DNA of 64,000 bases. Origin: Thermoanaerobaculaceae bacterium (lineage in GTDB: Bacteria; Acidobacteriota; Thermoanaerobaculia; Multivoradales; UBA5704). The DNA lies in assembly GCA_963712665.1 (NCBI GenBank), contig CAVQIV010000022.1, positions 279,215-343,214 of the forward strand, given 5' to 3'. Shown here in pieces: positions 47,731-55,759 of the stretch. The first letter of the stretch is position 1. Each line of letters opens with the position of its first letter. The position numbers and the translations under genes were made by a program. The notes under the pieces were generated by a model. The model saw nothing but the letters and a program-made list of their open reading frames with translations. It made no database searches and was not told where the DNA came from.

Positions 47731-48276
47731 TCACTCCTGGCTGCGGGATTCGAGCGCGGCACGTTCGGCTTCAATTCGGGCCCGGAGCGCCTCGTCACCG
47801 ATCCCGGGCAGGTTGGTGTCGACGGTGCGCAGCAAGGCCGTGAAGCTCGCCGCGAGGAGGTCGGCCCCCGCGGCAACGTCGCTCCGGACCTGCGGCTTGC
47901 AGAGCGTCAGGGTCTTCCGGGTGAGATCGATCGCCTCCAGAACGTCGGTCGCAGCCGCGAGCGGCGCTTCCGTGGCCGCGGCGAGGGCCTGGGGCGTCCG
48001 CAATCGCATGTACTCGGCGAACGCCGTCCGGTCGCGGTCCGCGTGAGCGCTGAGACGCCCGAGGAGCTCGCGACCGGAGCCCAGCAGCGGCTCGAGCATG
48101 GCAGCCTTCTCCTCCCCCGCTCCTTTCCGCGTGACCTCCAGACCCATGACGGCCAAGCCTACGCCCAGGGCCGCGGCAACGGCCGCCGCCACACCGCCTG
48201 CGGGCGTCGGAGTGCCAGCCGCCGTGCGGTCACGGAATTCAGCCAGGGTCCACAACCAGAGAGAGTCGTGCATCAT
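47731..48276 (-). CDS. Formiminotransferase-cyclodeaminase C-domain-like protein (cyclodeaminase / cyclohydrolase family)
   Basis: The start is ATGATG at 48276..48271 (minus); the track N-terminal extension reads through a tandem repeat. LWTLAEFRDRTAAGTPTPAGGVAAAVAAALGVGLAVM is the characteristic FTCD_C N-terminal motif. Confidence 0.65.
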   Translation of the reverse strand: MMHDSLWLWTLAEFRDRTAAGTPTPAGGVAAAVAAALGVGLAVMGLEVTRKGAGEEKAAMLEPLLGSGRELLGRLSAHADRDRTAFAEYMRLRTPQALAAATEAPLAAATDVLEAIDLTRKTLTLCKPQVRSDVAAGADLLAASFTALLRTVDTNLPGIGDEALRARIEAERAALESRSQE

Positions 48277-48292
48277 GAGAGCATCGTAGCGC

Positions 48293-48337
48293 GTCCCTGC
48301 TGTCCTTGCAGTCCCTGCTGTCCCTGTCGTCCCTGCT
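48293..48337. repeat. Tandem 9-bp repeat GTCCCTGCT x5 in the divergent promoter between the cyclodeaminase gene and ackA
   Basis: GTCC recurs at 48293, 48302, 48311, 48320 and 48329, an exact 9-bp period. The units are GTCCCTGCT / GTCCTTGCA / GTCCCTGCT / GTCCCTGTC / GTCCCTGCT. Confidence 0.8.
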
Positions 48338-48350
48338 ACCATCCCCCACC

Positions 48351-49598
48351 ATGAACGTCCTCGTGCTCAACGCCGGCAGCTCGTCGCTCAAGTTTCAGCT
48401 CATCGCCACCGACCTCGAAGCCATCGAGCAGAGCACCGACCGCGCGCTCGCCCGGGGGCAGGTGGAGCGCATCGGCAGCGAGGCCATCCTCACCTTGAAC
48501 GCCGAAGGCCGGCCAGCCCAGCGGCTGACGGAGCCGCTGCGCGACGTCCGGCAGGCGCTCGACTTCGTGTTGCGCTGGCTGGTGGCCAAGGATACGGGGC
48601 CCGCGAGCCTCGCCTCGCTCGCCGACGTCCACGCCCTGGGCCATCGCGTCGTCCACGGCGGCGAGAAGCTGACCCGCTCCGTGCTGATCGATGACGCGGT
48701 GATCGCGCAGATCGAGGACTGCATCGAGCTCGCGCCCCTGCACAACCCCGCGAACCTGAAGGGGATCGCCGCGGCGCGCGAGCTCTTCGGCCCCGGCGTA
48801 CCGCAGGTGGCCGTGTTCGACACGTCGTTCCACACCACCATGCCGCCCGAGTCGTTCCTCTACGCCATCCCCTACCAGCTCTACGTCCGCCACCGGGTGC
48901 GCCGCTACGGCTTCCACGGCACCTCGCACCGCTACGTGGCCTACCGCTTCCGCCAACTCACGGGCCGCACGCGCGAGGAGACGAACGTCATCACCCTCCA
49001 TCTCGGCAACGGCTGCTCCGCCTGCGCCATCCGCGGCGGCGATTCGCTGGAGACCTCCATGGGCCTCACCCCGTCCGAGGGGCTGGTGATGGGCACGCGC
49101 AGCGGCGATCTCGATCCCTCACTCCTCGACTACCTCCATCACAAGGAGGGGATGGACTTCGACGAGCTCGACGCGCTGATCAACAAGCGCTCCGGCCTGC
49201 TGGGCGTCTCCGGCCTCACCAACGACATGCGCGACCTGCTTCGGGAGGAGAGCGAGAACCAGGACCGGCGGGCGCGGCTGGCCATCGACCTCTTCTGCGT
49301 GCGGGTGAAGAAATACATCGGCGCCTACCTCGCGCGGATGAACGGTGCTGAAGCCGTCGTCTTCGCCGGCGGCATCGGCGAGAACTCCCCCGAGATCCGC
49401 CGCCGCATCTGCGAAGGGCTCGACTGCCTCGGCATCGCGCTCGATCCGGCCCGCAACGAGGCGATGAAGGACGGAAAAGAGGGCGAGATCGGGAAGGAGG
49501 GCTCCCGCGTGCGCCTCTTCGTCATCCCCACCAACGAGGAGCTGCTGATCGCCCGCGACACCGTGCGCTCGATCCTCGACGCTCCCCGCCGCTTCTAG
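48351..49598 (+). CDS. ackA: Acetate kinase
   Basis: The protein begins MNVLVLNAGSSSLKFQL, with the ATG at 48351. Other motifs are HRVVHGG, AVFDTSFHTTMPPESFLYAIPY, VRRYGFHGTSHRYV and VVFAGGIGENSPEIR. Confidence 0.9.
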   Translation: MNVLVLNAGSSSLKFQLIATDLEAIEQSTDRALARGQVERIGSEAILTLNAEGRPAQRLTEPLRDVRQALDFVLRWLVAKDTGPASLASLADVHALGHRVVHGGEKLTRSVLIDDAVIAQIEDCIELAPLHNPANLKGIAAARELFGPGVPQVAVFDTSFHTTMPPESFLYAIPYQLYVRHRVRRYGFHGTSHRYVAYRFRQLTGRTREETNVITLHLGNGCSACAIRGGDSLETSMGLTPSEGLVMGTRSGDLDPSLLDYLHHKEGMDFDELDALINKRSGLLGVSGLTNDMRDLLREESENQDRRARLAIDLFCVRVKKYIGAYLARMNGAEAVVFAGGIGENSPEIRRRICEGLDCLGIALDPARNEAMKDGKEGEIGKEGSRVRLFVIPTNEELLIARDTVRSILDAPRRF

Positions 49599-49636
49599 TA
49601 GGATGCCGGCGGCAATTGGAGCAATTGGAGAAACGA

Positions 49637-50791
49637 ATGCCCATCGACAAGACCTGGGGTCAGAGCACCCTGTGCGTGCACGCCGGCGTGGAGCCGGAAC
49701 CCATCACCGGGGCCATCATGACCCCCATCTTCCAGACCTCGACGTACGTGCAGGAGTCCCCTGGCCAGCACAAGGGCTACGACTACTCGCGGGCCGGCAA
49801 CCCCACCCGCACGGCCCTCGAAGCCTCGCTCGCCGCCCTTGAAGGGGCCGCCCACGCCATCACCTTCGCCACCGGCATGGCCGCCGAGCAGGCGATCGTC
49901 CAGACGCTCGATCCGCCCACCCACGTCCTCCTCTCCCAGGACGCCTACGGCGGCACCGGCCGGCTCTTCCGGCGGTTGTTCACCAAGTACGGCATCGAGC
50001 CCGAGTTCATCGACCTGCGCGATCTCGACCTGGTCGAGAACCGGCTCTCCGAGCGTACCCAGCTCCTCTGGGCCGAGACGCCCACCAATCCCCTCATGCA
50101 GATCGTGGACATCGAGGGCCTCGCCCGGCTCGCCCACCGCACCGGCACCAAGGTGGTGGTGGACAACACCTTCTGCTCCCCCATCCTCCAGAGCCCCCTG
50201 GCCCTCGGCGCCGACCTCGTGGTCCACAGCTCCACCAAGTACATCGGCGGCCACAGCGACCTCCTGGGCGGTGTCGTGATGACCAACGACGACGAGCTCG
50301 CCGAGAAGGTGCGCTTCGTGCAGTTCGCGGCCGGCGCCGTGAGCTCGCCCTTCGAGTGTTTCCTCATGCTGCGCAGCATCAAGACTCTGGCCCTGCGCAT
50401 GGAGCGCCACTCGGCCAACGCCCTGGCCTTCGCCCGCGCCCTGGAGGAGATGAAGGGCTTCGAAAAAGTGATCTATCCAGGCCTCGAATCCCACCCCCAG
50501 CACGCCTTGGCCAAGAAGCAGATGAAAGGTTTCTCCGGCATCGTCAGCGCCTATCTGCCGGCCGACATGGAGCGCGTCTCGCGCTTCCTTTCCCGGCTCA
50601 AGGTCTTCGTGGTGGCCGAGAGCCTCGGCGGCGTCGAGTCGCTGGTCGATCACCCCGAAGTGATGACCCACGCCAGCGTCCCCCCCGAGTTGCGGGAGGA
50701 GCTTGGGATCAACGCCGGATTGCTACGCTTCTCGGTGGGGATTGAGGACGTGAGCGACCTGATCGCGGACGTAAAGCAGGCCCTCCCCTGA
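49637..50791 (+). CDS. PLP-dependent Cys/Met-metabolism enzyme (cystathionine gamma-synthase / gamma-lyase / beta-lyase family)
   Basis: The protein begins MPIDKTWGQSTLCVHAGVEPEPITGAIMTPIFQTSTYV, with the ATG at 49637 and GGAG upstream; the track ORF starts at TTG 49616. The PLP-lysine context is VVHSSTKYIGGHSDLLGGVV, and the C-terminal region is LAESLGGVESLVDHPEVMTHASVP. Confidence 0.85.
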   Translation: MPIDKTWGQSTLCVHAGVEPEPITGAIMTPIFQTSTYVQESPGQHKGYDYSRAGNPTRTALEASLAALEGAAHAITFATGMAAEQAIVQTLDPPTHVLLSQDAYGGTGRLFRRLFTKYGIEPEFIDLRDLDLVENRLSERTQLLWAETPTNPLMQIVDIEGLARLAHRTGTKVVVDNTFCSPILQSPLALGADLVVHSSTKYIGGHSDLLGGVVMTNDDELAEKVRFVQFAAGAVSSPFECFLMLRSIKTLALRMERHSANALAFARALEEMKGFEKVIYPGLESHPQHALAKKQMKGFSGIVSAYLPADMERVSRFLSRLKVFVVAESLGGVESLVDHPEVMTHASVPPELREELGINAGLLRFSVGIEDVSDLIADVKQALP

Positions 50792-50821
50792 GGCCTGCGG
50801 CCTCCCGGCGACGGCGATCCC

Positions 50822-50847
50822 GCAAAAAGGCTCCTTCGCAGGAGCCC
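50822..50847 (-). terminator. Rho-independent terminator-like hairpin on the minus strand after the 59-aa ORF
   Basis: The minus strand reads GGGCTCCTGCGAAGGAGCC followed by TTTTTGCG. On the plus strand this appears as caaaaaggctccttcgcaggagccc. Confidence 0.5.
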
Positions 50848-51027
50848 TCAACAGCCCACGATTCGCAGCTCGAACTCCTTGTACTTGAGGACGTTGAGCA
50901 CATGGCTCAAAGCCATGCGGCGTGCGGTGTCGTAGTCGTGGGCGCGGACGGGGAAGGTTTCTTCTTCGTGCTGACCGGTGGGCTTCTGATAAGACACAGA
51001 AACCGCAAAGTGACGGACCTTAGACAT
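50848..51027 (-). CDS. Small hypothetical protein (59 aa), below the ORF-track size cut-off
   Basis: The ATG is at 51027..51025 with GAGGAG nine nt upstream, and the TGA at 50850..50848. The translation is MSKVRHFAVSVSYQKPTGQHEEETFPVRAHDYDTARRMALSHVLNVLKYKEFELRIVGC. The third codon position is GC-rich like neighbouring genes, and a hairpin terminator follows. Confidence 0.45.
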   Translation of the reverse strand: MSKVRHFAVSVSYQKPTGQHEEETFPVRAHDYDTARRMALSHVLNVLKYKEFELRIVGC

Positions 51028-51248
51028 GGTGGGCGTAACTCCTCGTCATGGGGTTTCAGTTCAAGACAAGACTACAAGAAAGGATGGTGGAGCATGCCAT
51101 CGGGTTGGGGAGTATAGCACCACGACCCCGCCTTGTAAAGAGCGCGTCCCAAAGTCCCCCAGGAATCGGCACGCGTCCAGCGTTGGATTGCACACGAAGA
51201 AACCCCCTACCCCACCGCTCTCGCCGTCTCGCCGGAGGCACCCGCCGG

Positions 51249-51665
51249 CTAGCCTTCAGCGGGCTGCTCGGACTGGAAACAGAACTGCTTGAACGGGTCT
51301 GACCCGACCTTGACATAGCCCGTCACACTCAGCAGCAGCATCATACCGGGCTGGACGTTGCGATCCGTTCCCAGCAGGAAAACGGAGAGATCGGCCTGGA
51401 CCTCGCTCGGCGTACCCGCCTGGAAGGCGAACGTCGAGCCCACCGCGTCCGACTCCGTGCTCGCGATGCCCGCCTGAGCGAACCAGACGGAGTTGCGAGC
51501 ATCCCGGGGCTGGATGCGCCATTCCACGAAGTACTTCCCATGCTCCCAATAGGCTTCGAGCTCGTACTCGACGAGGTCGTTGCCCTCGCATTCGACGCTG
51601 GTTCCCTTCTTCTGGATCCCGGAAGTCAGCCGGGCGCTGAGACTTTGCAACTCGCGACTCTTCAT
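51249..51665 (-). CDS. Hypothetical protein (138 aa)
   Basis: The ORF is intact with GC-rich third positions. It has no recognisable motif, and a 10-bp tandem repeat tract lies ~100-150 bp upstream. Confidence 0.5.
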   Translation of the reverse strand: MKSRELQSLSARLTSGIQKKGTSVECEGNDLVEYELEAYWEHGKYFVEWRIQPRDARNSVWFAQAGIASTESDAVGSTFAFQAGTPSEVQADLSVFLLGTDRNVQPGMMLLLSVTGYVKVGSDPFKQFCFQSEQPAEG

Positions 51666-51766
51666 GACCTCTCTCCTTTCCGTCGTCCCCGGGGCACCGG
51701 GGGGTCTCTGAGGAGTAGGTGACGAAACTGAGCCTCGAATTACACCTCGGCTCCAACCTGAGCTCC

Positions 51767-51806
51767 CCGTCCGTCATCGTCCTTGTCCGTCCTTGCCCGT
51801 CCGTGC
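51767..51806. repeat. Tandem 10-bp repeat CGTCC(G/T)T(C/G)NN x4 upstream of hypothetical gene 51249..51665
   Basis: The units are CGTCCGTCAT / CGTCCTTGTC / CGTCCTTGCC / CGTCCGTGCT. This is the same GTCC-core family as the 9-bp repeats. Confidence 0.7.
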
Positions 51807-51813
51807 TCCCCGC

Positions 51814-53167
51814 TCAACGATTGAACGGATATTCGCTGACCCAGTGGAATCTCCGGCTCAACAGCAGGAATTTAGGGGTGTCGACGTGGTGGAGGCTGGC
51901 CTGGATGCGGTGGCGGTCGAACGTCCCCTCCAGCGTGAGCCGGTCCGGCGCAGGCTGTCCGTAGGTGAGGGCGGATTTCCATTGGGGATCGTCGCGCTTG
52001 GTCAGGGCCAGCGTCTTGTGGGCGGCGTCCAGCTTGAGGGAGTACCGCTGGCGTGAGTCGCTCGACGACTGGATCGCCAGAACGGTGGGATAGTCGAACA
52101 CCAGGCGACGCCACTTCAGGACTTCCGCCGCCCGCGCGTCGCGGGCGCGGCCGTCGATCTTCAGATCGTCGACGTTCCAGACGCCGGACAAGGTCGAGGG
52201 CGCGGCACCATAACGAGTCGTCAAGTTATCGTAGCCCATGTGCAGCATGAACGCGGTGAAGCCGACGGCCAACGCTCCCTCCACCACCAGCGCGGCGATC
52301 TGCCAACGCCGCCGGCGAAAGAACGGGCGGCCGGCGGCGGGAGCGACCGGCTGGCGCAGAACCAGCAGACGGGCGAGGCGCGCCAGGTCGGGAACGGCCA
52401 GCAAGACTGCCATCGCCAGCAGGTGGGACGAGAAGAGCTTGACCGGCACGTCATAGCAGAAGTTGAGCATCACGACGTTGGTGAGGACGGGGATGGCGAT
52501 GAGGGCTCCCAGCGACGCCGTGCGGCGGAACAGGAGCAGCAGGCCGGCGACCAGCTCGGTCAATCCGGCGAAGATGGTGTAGGGAACGGAAGCGCCCATG
52601 AAGGTCCACAACAGGCCCATCGGCGAAGCGTCGCCGAACGGTTGCAACAGCCGGCTGAGCGACGGCGGGGGAAATTGAGACGGAACGACCTTCAGCCCGC
52701 CGTATTCGATCAGGATGAATACCGAGGCCGACCTGAACGAAGACCTTCAGCGCGTCGTTCAACCGTGCGTACTGGGTCCGCCTGCGGTCGAGCAGCGTCC
52801 AGACCAGCGCCGCCAGGAGAGAGACTGCCAGCATGCAGAGGGACAGCATCCAGCCGAACATCCCATCTCCGCTGCCGGTGGGCAGGTATGGGGCTTCGAC
52901 GTGGAACAGGTGCCCGGCGGTCCACTGCACGAGCGCGACCCAGAATTTCTCGTACCATCCGCCGATGACGTCGCTGCGGAAGACGAATGCCGGCACCTGC
53001 AGGTAGTAGGGGAAGAGGTACAGCACCAGGTAGGAGAAGGCGATGCGGAAAACGGTCCGCCGCAAAGGGCTCCAGGCCGGAGCCGCAGCCTCGCCCTCGT
53101 TGCTTGTCACCCCAGGGGAATCCGGAGTGTCCACCCTTTCCCCGGTTGCATAGTCGAACACGGCCAT
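51814..53167 (-). CDS. DoxX-family-like integral membrane protein, with a frame break near nt ~52730
   Basis: The ATG is at 53167..53165. The N-terminal part is in ORF 52451..53455 (MAVFDYATGERV...YLFPYYLQVPAFVF...MFGWMLSLCMLAVSLLAALVWTLLDRRRTQYARLNDALKVF). The continuation (...FILIEYGGLKVVPSQF...MGLLWTFMGASVPYTIFAGLTELVAGLLLLFRRT) is in ORF 51814..52647. Confidence 0.6.
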
Positions 53168-53168
53168 G

Positions 53169-54053
53169 TCACCCTCCAGTGAGCCGCAGATCGGCCCGAT
53201 GGGGATAACGAGACGAGCCCTCGAATCCCCTCGAGTTGGGGCCGGAGGGCTGCACCGGCAGATACTCGATTGGAATCCACTCGTCCATTCCCTCGACCCA
53301 ATAGTGCGTGTCCTGGGCGAGTTGACCCGATCTCCGCAGGCGCTGGACCTCAGCCATCGGGTAGGGGCCGTACGTCTCGCCTCCCGTCGAGAGGAAAATA
53401 ACGGCAACGGCGCTCGCGGCTGAGGGTTGCTCAGGCGTCTCCGGACCCGTCGCAAAGCGAGGAGCTGAGCCTGGCTCTGGCGCTTCTTGATGGGCTTCGT
53501 CTGACTTCTTGTAACTCTTCTTCGCGTCTTTCACGATTTCCCGGATGGCTGCCTTGTCTTTGAGGACGTCGTGGGCCGCGTCCTTCAAGTCGGCTTCAGT
53601 GATCTGATCAGCGGATTTTGCGCGCAGCAATCTGGTTAAGGCTTTCATATAGACGATGCCCGCGGCAATCGTGAGCGCGTAGATCGTCGTGGCCATCACC
53701 GCGATACCGCCCACGGTTCCTAACCCGGGAAGAAGCTTTATGGCACTTGCGCCGACGACGAGAGCGGCCGCTCCGGCCGCTACGTTGGTCATGACTCCAG
53801 CGGCCAGACTCTTGACGACGTTCTCGCTGAACGGCAGGTTGAGCTCCTTGTTGATGCGTACGTACATGGCCCAGGTGTTGGCGCCGGCGGCGGCAATGTC
53901 TGCGCCCGGGATTGGAATGAATGCGCTCCCAACGGCCAATTTGGCATGGAGCTTCACAATGCCCGCGAGCTTCTGTGGCAGATATTCGTCCACCGCCTTG
54001 TCGAGCTCCTTCGCCAGCTCGCCGGCTGCTTTGATGAGATGTCCTTCTTCCAT
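53169..54053 (-). CDS. Membrane protein with a C-terminal DUF4339 (GYF-like) domain
   Basis: The ATG is at 54053..54051 (MEEGHLIKAAGELAKEL). There are two hydrophobic helices (AFIPIPGADIAAAGANTWAMYVRI; LPGLGTVGGIAVMATTIYALTIAAGIVYM). The C-terminal domain is GETYGPYPMAEVQRLRRSGQLAQDTHYWVEGMDEWIPIEYL. The stop lies one nt from the DoxX-like start. Confidence 0.6.
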   Translation of the reverse strand: MEEGHLIKAAGELAKELDKAVDEYLPQKLAGIVKLHAKLAVGSAFIPIPGADIAAAGANTWAMYVRINKELNLPFSENVVKSLAAGVMTNVAAGAAALVVGASAIKLLPGLGTVGGIAVMATTIYALTIAAGIVYMKALTRLLRAKSADQITEADLKDAAHDVLKDKAAIREIVKDAKKSYKKSDEAHQEAPEPGSAPRFATGPETPEQPSAASAVAVIFLSTGGETYGPYPMAEVQRLRRSGQLAQDTHYWVEGMDEWIPIEYLPVQPSGPNSRGFEGSSRYPHRADLRLTGG

Positions 54054-54418
54054 AGATTCATCCCTCGTCGTTCTCCGACGCTTCAACTCCCGATCGCATC
54101 GTCTATCCCAAGATAGCACGCAGACGTCGACGAATCTACCTCGGAACCGGCTGGCTCCGCTTTGCGGGGTACTTGGGGCGAAATCACTCCGCCAGCCGTA
54201 GTGTACAGATTCGCCCGCCCCCGCCCTGCCTATCAAGTTGATGACTTGCATTTTTCGCAGACAGATACGCCATCTTCTGCGCTAATCTCCTCCCTGATAT
54301 CTATCGCTTCCGCCAGATCTCTCGCCGTAAATGAGCCCAGTACCTCCGGAAGCAGCGCCAGCAAATCTGTCGGCTGTCGAAGATCCTCTGTTCTACGACT
54401 TCCAGCAATCTACGTTCT

Positions 54419-54869
54419 TCAGTAACCCATCCTTTCCTGCGCCATCTCCGCTTCCCTTCGTACCGTCTCGCCTCTTCTTTCCTTTTCATCAGCACTTCCA
54501 GGGAGAAGTTGGGGTTTCGACGACAACTGCGGGAAGCTCACCAGCTCCAAGAACAGGTCCTCCACGCGCCCAGTCTTAGGCGACTTGCGGCGCGTGACGC
54601 AACGACTACCTTCCTGCGCCAGCTTGACGATCCACTTCTCCTGTGCAATCGGATAGATCAATCGTATGGGATGGGAAAGCACCAGGTTTGTCAGCTTCGC
54701 CTTGATCGATGCGAGATTGCGTGTCTGGATTTCCAGTAACAGACCATCTCGGACAATGATCGATCACAAACCCATCCACCACGGTTTCAAACTGATCCCC
54801 CGGTTGTGCGCACCACATTTTCAGCGATGCGTGAAGTGGCTTTTCATTCAGCAGACCGATGCCTGACAT
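54419..54869 (-). pseudogene. Decayed hypothetical gene in a lower-GC patch (two overlapping frames 54606..54869 and 54419..54682)
   Basis: The ATG is at 54869. MSGIGLLNEKPLHASLKMWCAQPGDQFETVVDGFVIDH continues after a one-nt frame change as ...LLLEIQTRNLASIKAKLTNLVLSHPIRLIYPIAQEKWIVKLAQEG.... The family is not recognised. Confidence 0.35.
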
Positions 54870-54893
54870 CTTCGTCTTGCGCGCCTGCGAGGG

Positions 54894-55301
54894 CTAGACT
54901 GGTCGCCCGAAGTACAGAACGTACCCGTCCGCATCCATGACTTCGAACCCGCGCAGTTGGTCCGAGTTGTTGCCCAGAGGCTCCCGGAACGAAACGCCAC
55001 GAGAGGTAAACTCTTCGGCCAGCGCGTCCGGATCAGGAGTATAGACGTACGCATCCCACCTGGCCCATGGATGCCGGCTGGGATTCGGCATCGGCTGCAC
55101 CTCAGGCGTAATGGCTTTGAGCATGAGCCGAACGCCGTCTCGCTTCAGCATGGCGAAATACGGGTCATCGTCGGGGCCGAGAAACGTCACTTCGAAGCCC
55201 AGACGATCTTTGTAGAACGCGATCGATGGCATGACGTCGCGAACGATGAAGAACGGGGCGACATAGCCAAGTTGTGTCTGCGTGGCGGTTGATGAAGTCA
55301 T
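54894..55301 (-). CDS. VOC-family (glyoxalase / bleomycin-resistance fold) protein
   Basis: The ATG is at 55301..55299 with GGAGA upstream. The protein reads MTSSTATQTQLGYVAPFFIVRDVMPSIAFYKDRLGFEV...GFEVMDADGYVLYFG. Confidence 0.7.
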   Translation of the reverse strand: MTSSTATQTQLGYVAPFFIVRDVMPSIAFYKDRLGFEVTFLGPDDDPYFAMLKRDGVRLMLKAITPEVQPMPNPSRHPWARWDAYVYTPDPDALAEEFTSRGVSFREPLGNNSDQLRGFEVMDADGYVLYFGRPV

Positions 55302-55714
55302 TGGAGGTCTCCTGTCGATCGAGCACGAACGCGCATGCTTTTCAGCAGCCATGCCAAGTACCCCGCCGCCGTAACATCGTAGGTAAGGCAGAACTCTGGC
55401 CACCAAGCTGGTACGCCAGGATTGGAAACGACCCGGCCGTGCACCAGGTCTAACACTCCGTGCGCCGCCAAGGCAGCCACGACAACCCAGAGCGATGACC
55501 TGAAACCGGATACCGCACCTGCAAGGAAGGCTGTGGCAATCAGCGACTCGATCACCAGTACGTTCGTGGAGGCTCCCATGGCCGCAAACAGCGCATAGTA
55601 AGACGCGATGACAATCATTACGGTTGGATAGAAGGCACGATCACGGTCCAGACCGACGACTGTCGCCAGTAGCCCTACCGCTAACGCAAGGAACGCTCCG
55701 ACCAGCAGTGCCAA
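55298..55714 (-). CDS. Small integral membrane protein (4 predicted TM helices), function unknown
   Basis: The protein is hydrophobic throughout (MALLVGAFLALAVGLLATVVGL...). Its stop overlaps the VOC start in an ATGA arrangement. Confidence 0.5.
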   Translation of the reverse strand: MALLVGAFLALAVGLLATVVGLDRDRAFYPTVMIVIASYYALFAAMGASTNVLVIESLIATAFLAGAVSGFRSSLWVVVAALAAHGVLDLVHGRVVSNPGVPAWWPEFCLTYDVTAAGYLAWLLKSMRVRARSTGDLQ

Positions 55715-55759
55715 GATTCTCCTCCTCGCCTTCAGTTGGACGCCAGATGCAACGGGTGC

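Noticed and set aside
48306-48350. N-terminal extension of ackA (MQSLLSLSSLLPSPT) from the track
   Set aside because: It is simply the translation of the 9-bp tandem repeat. Acetate kinases start at the conserved M-x-VLVLN-GSSS, which is the ATG at 48351.
54331-54739. Plus-strand ORFs 54331..54579 and 54509..54739
   Set aside because: They are antisense to the decayed minus-strand gene and show no protein-like features.
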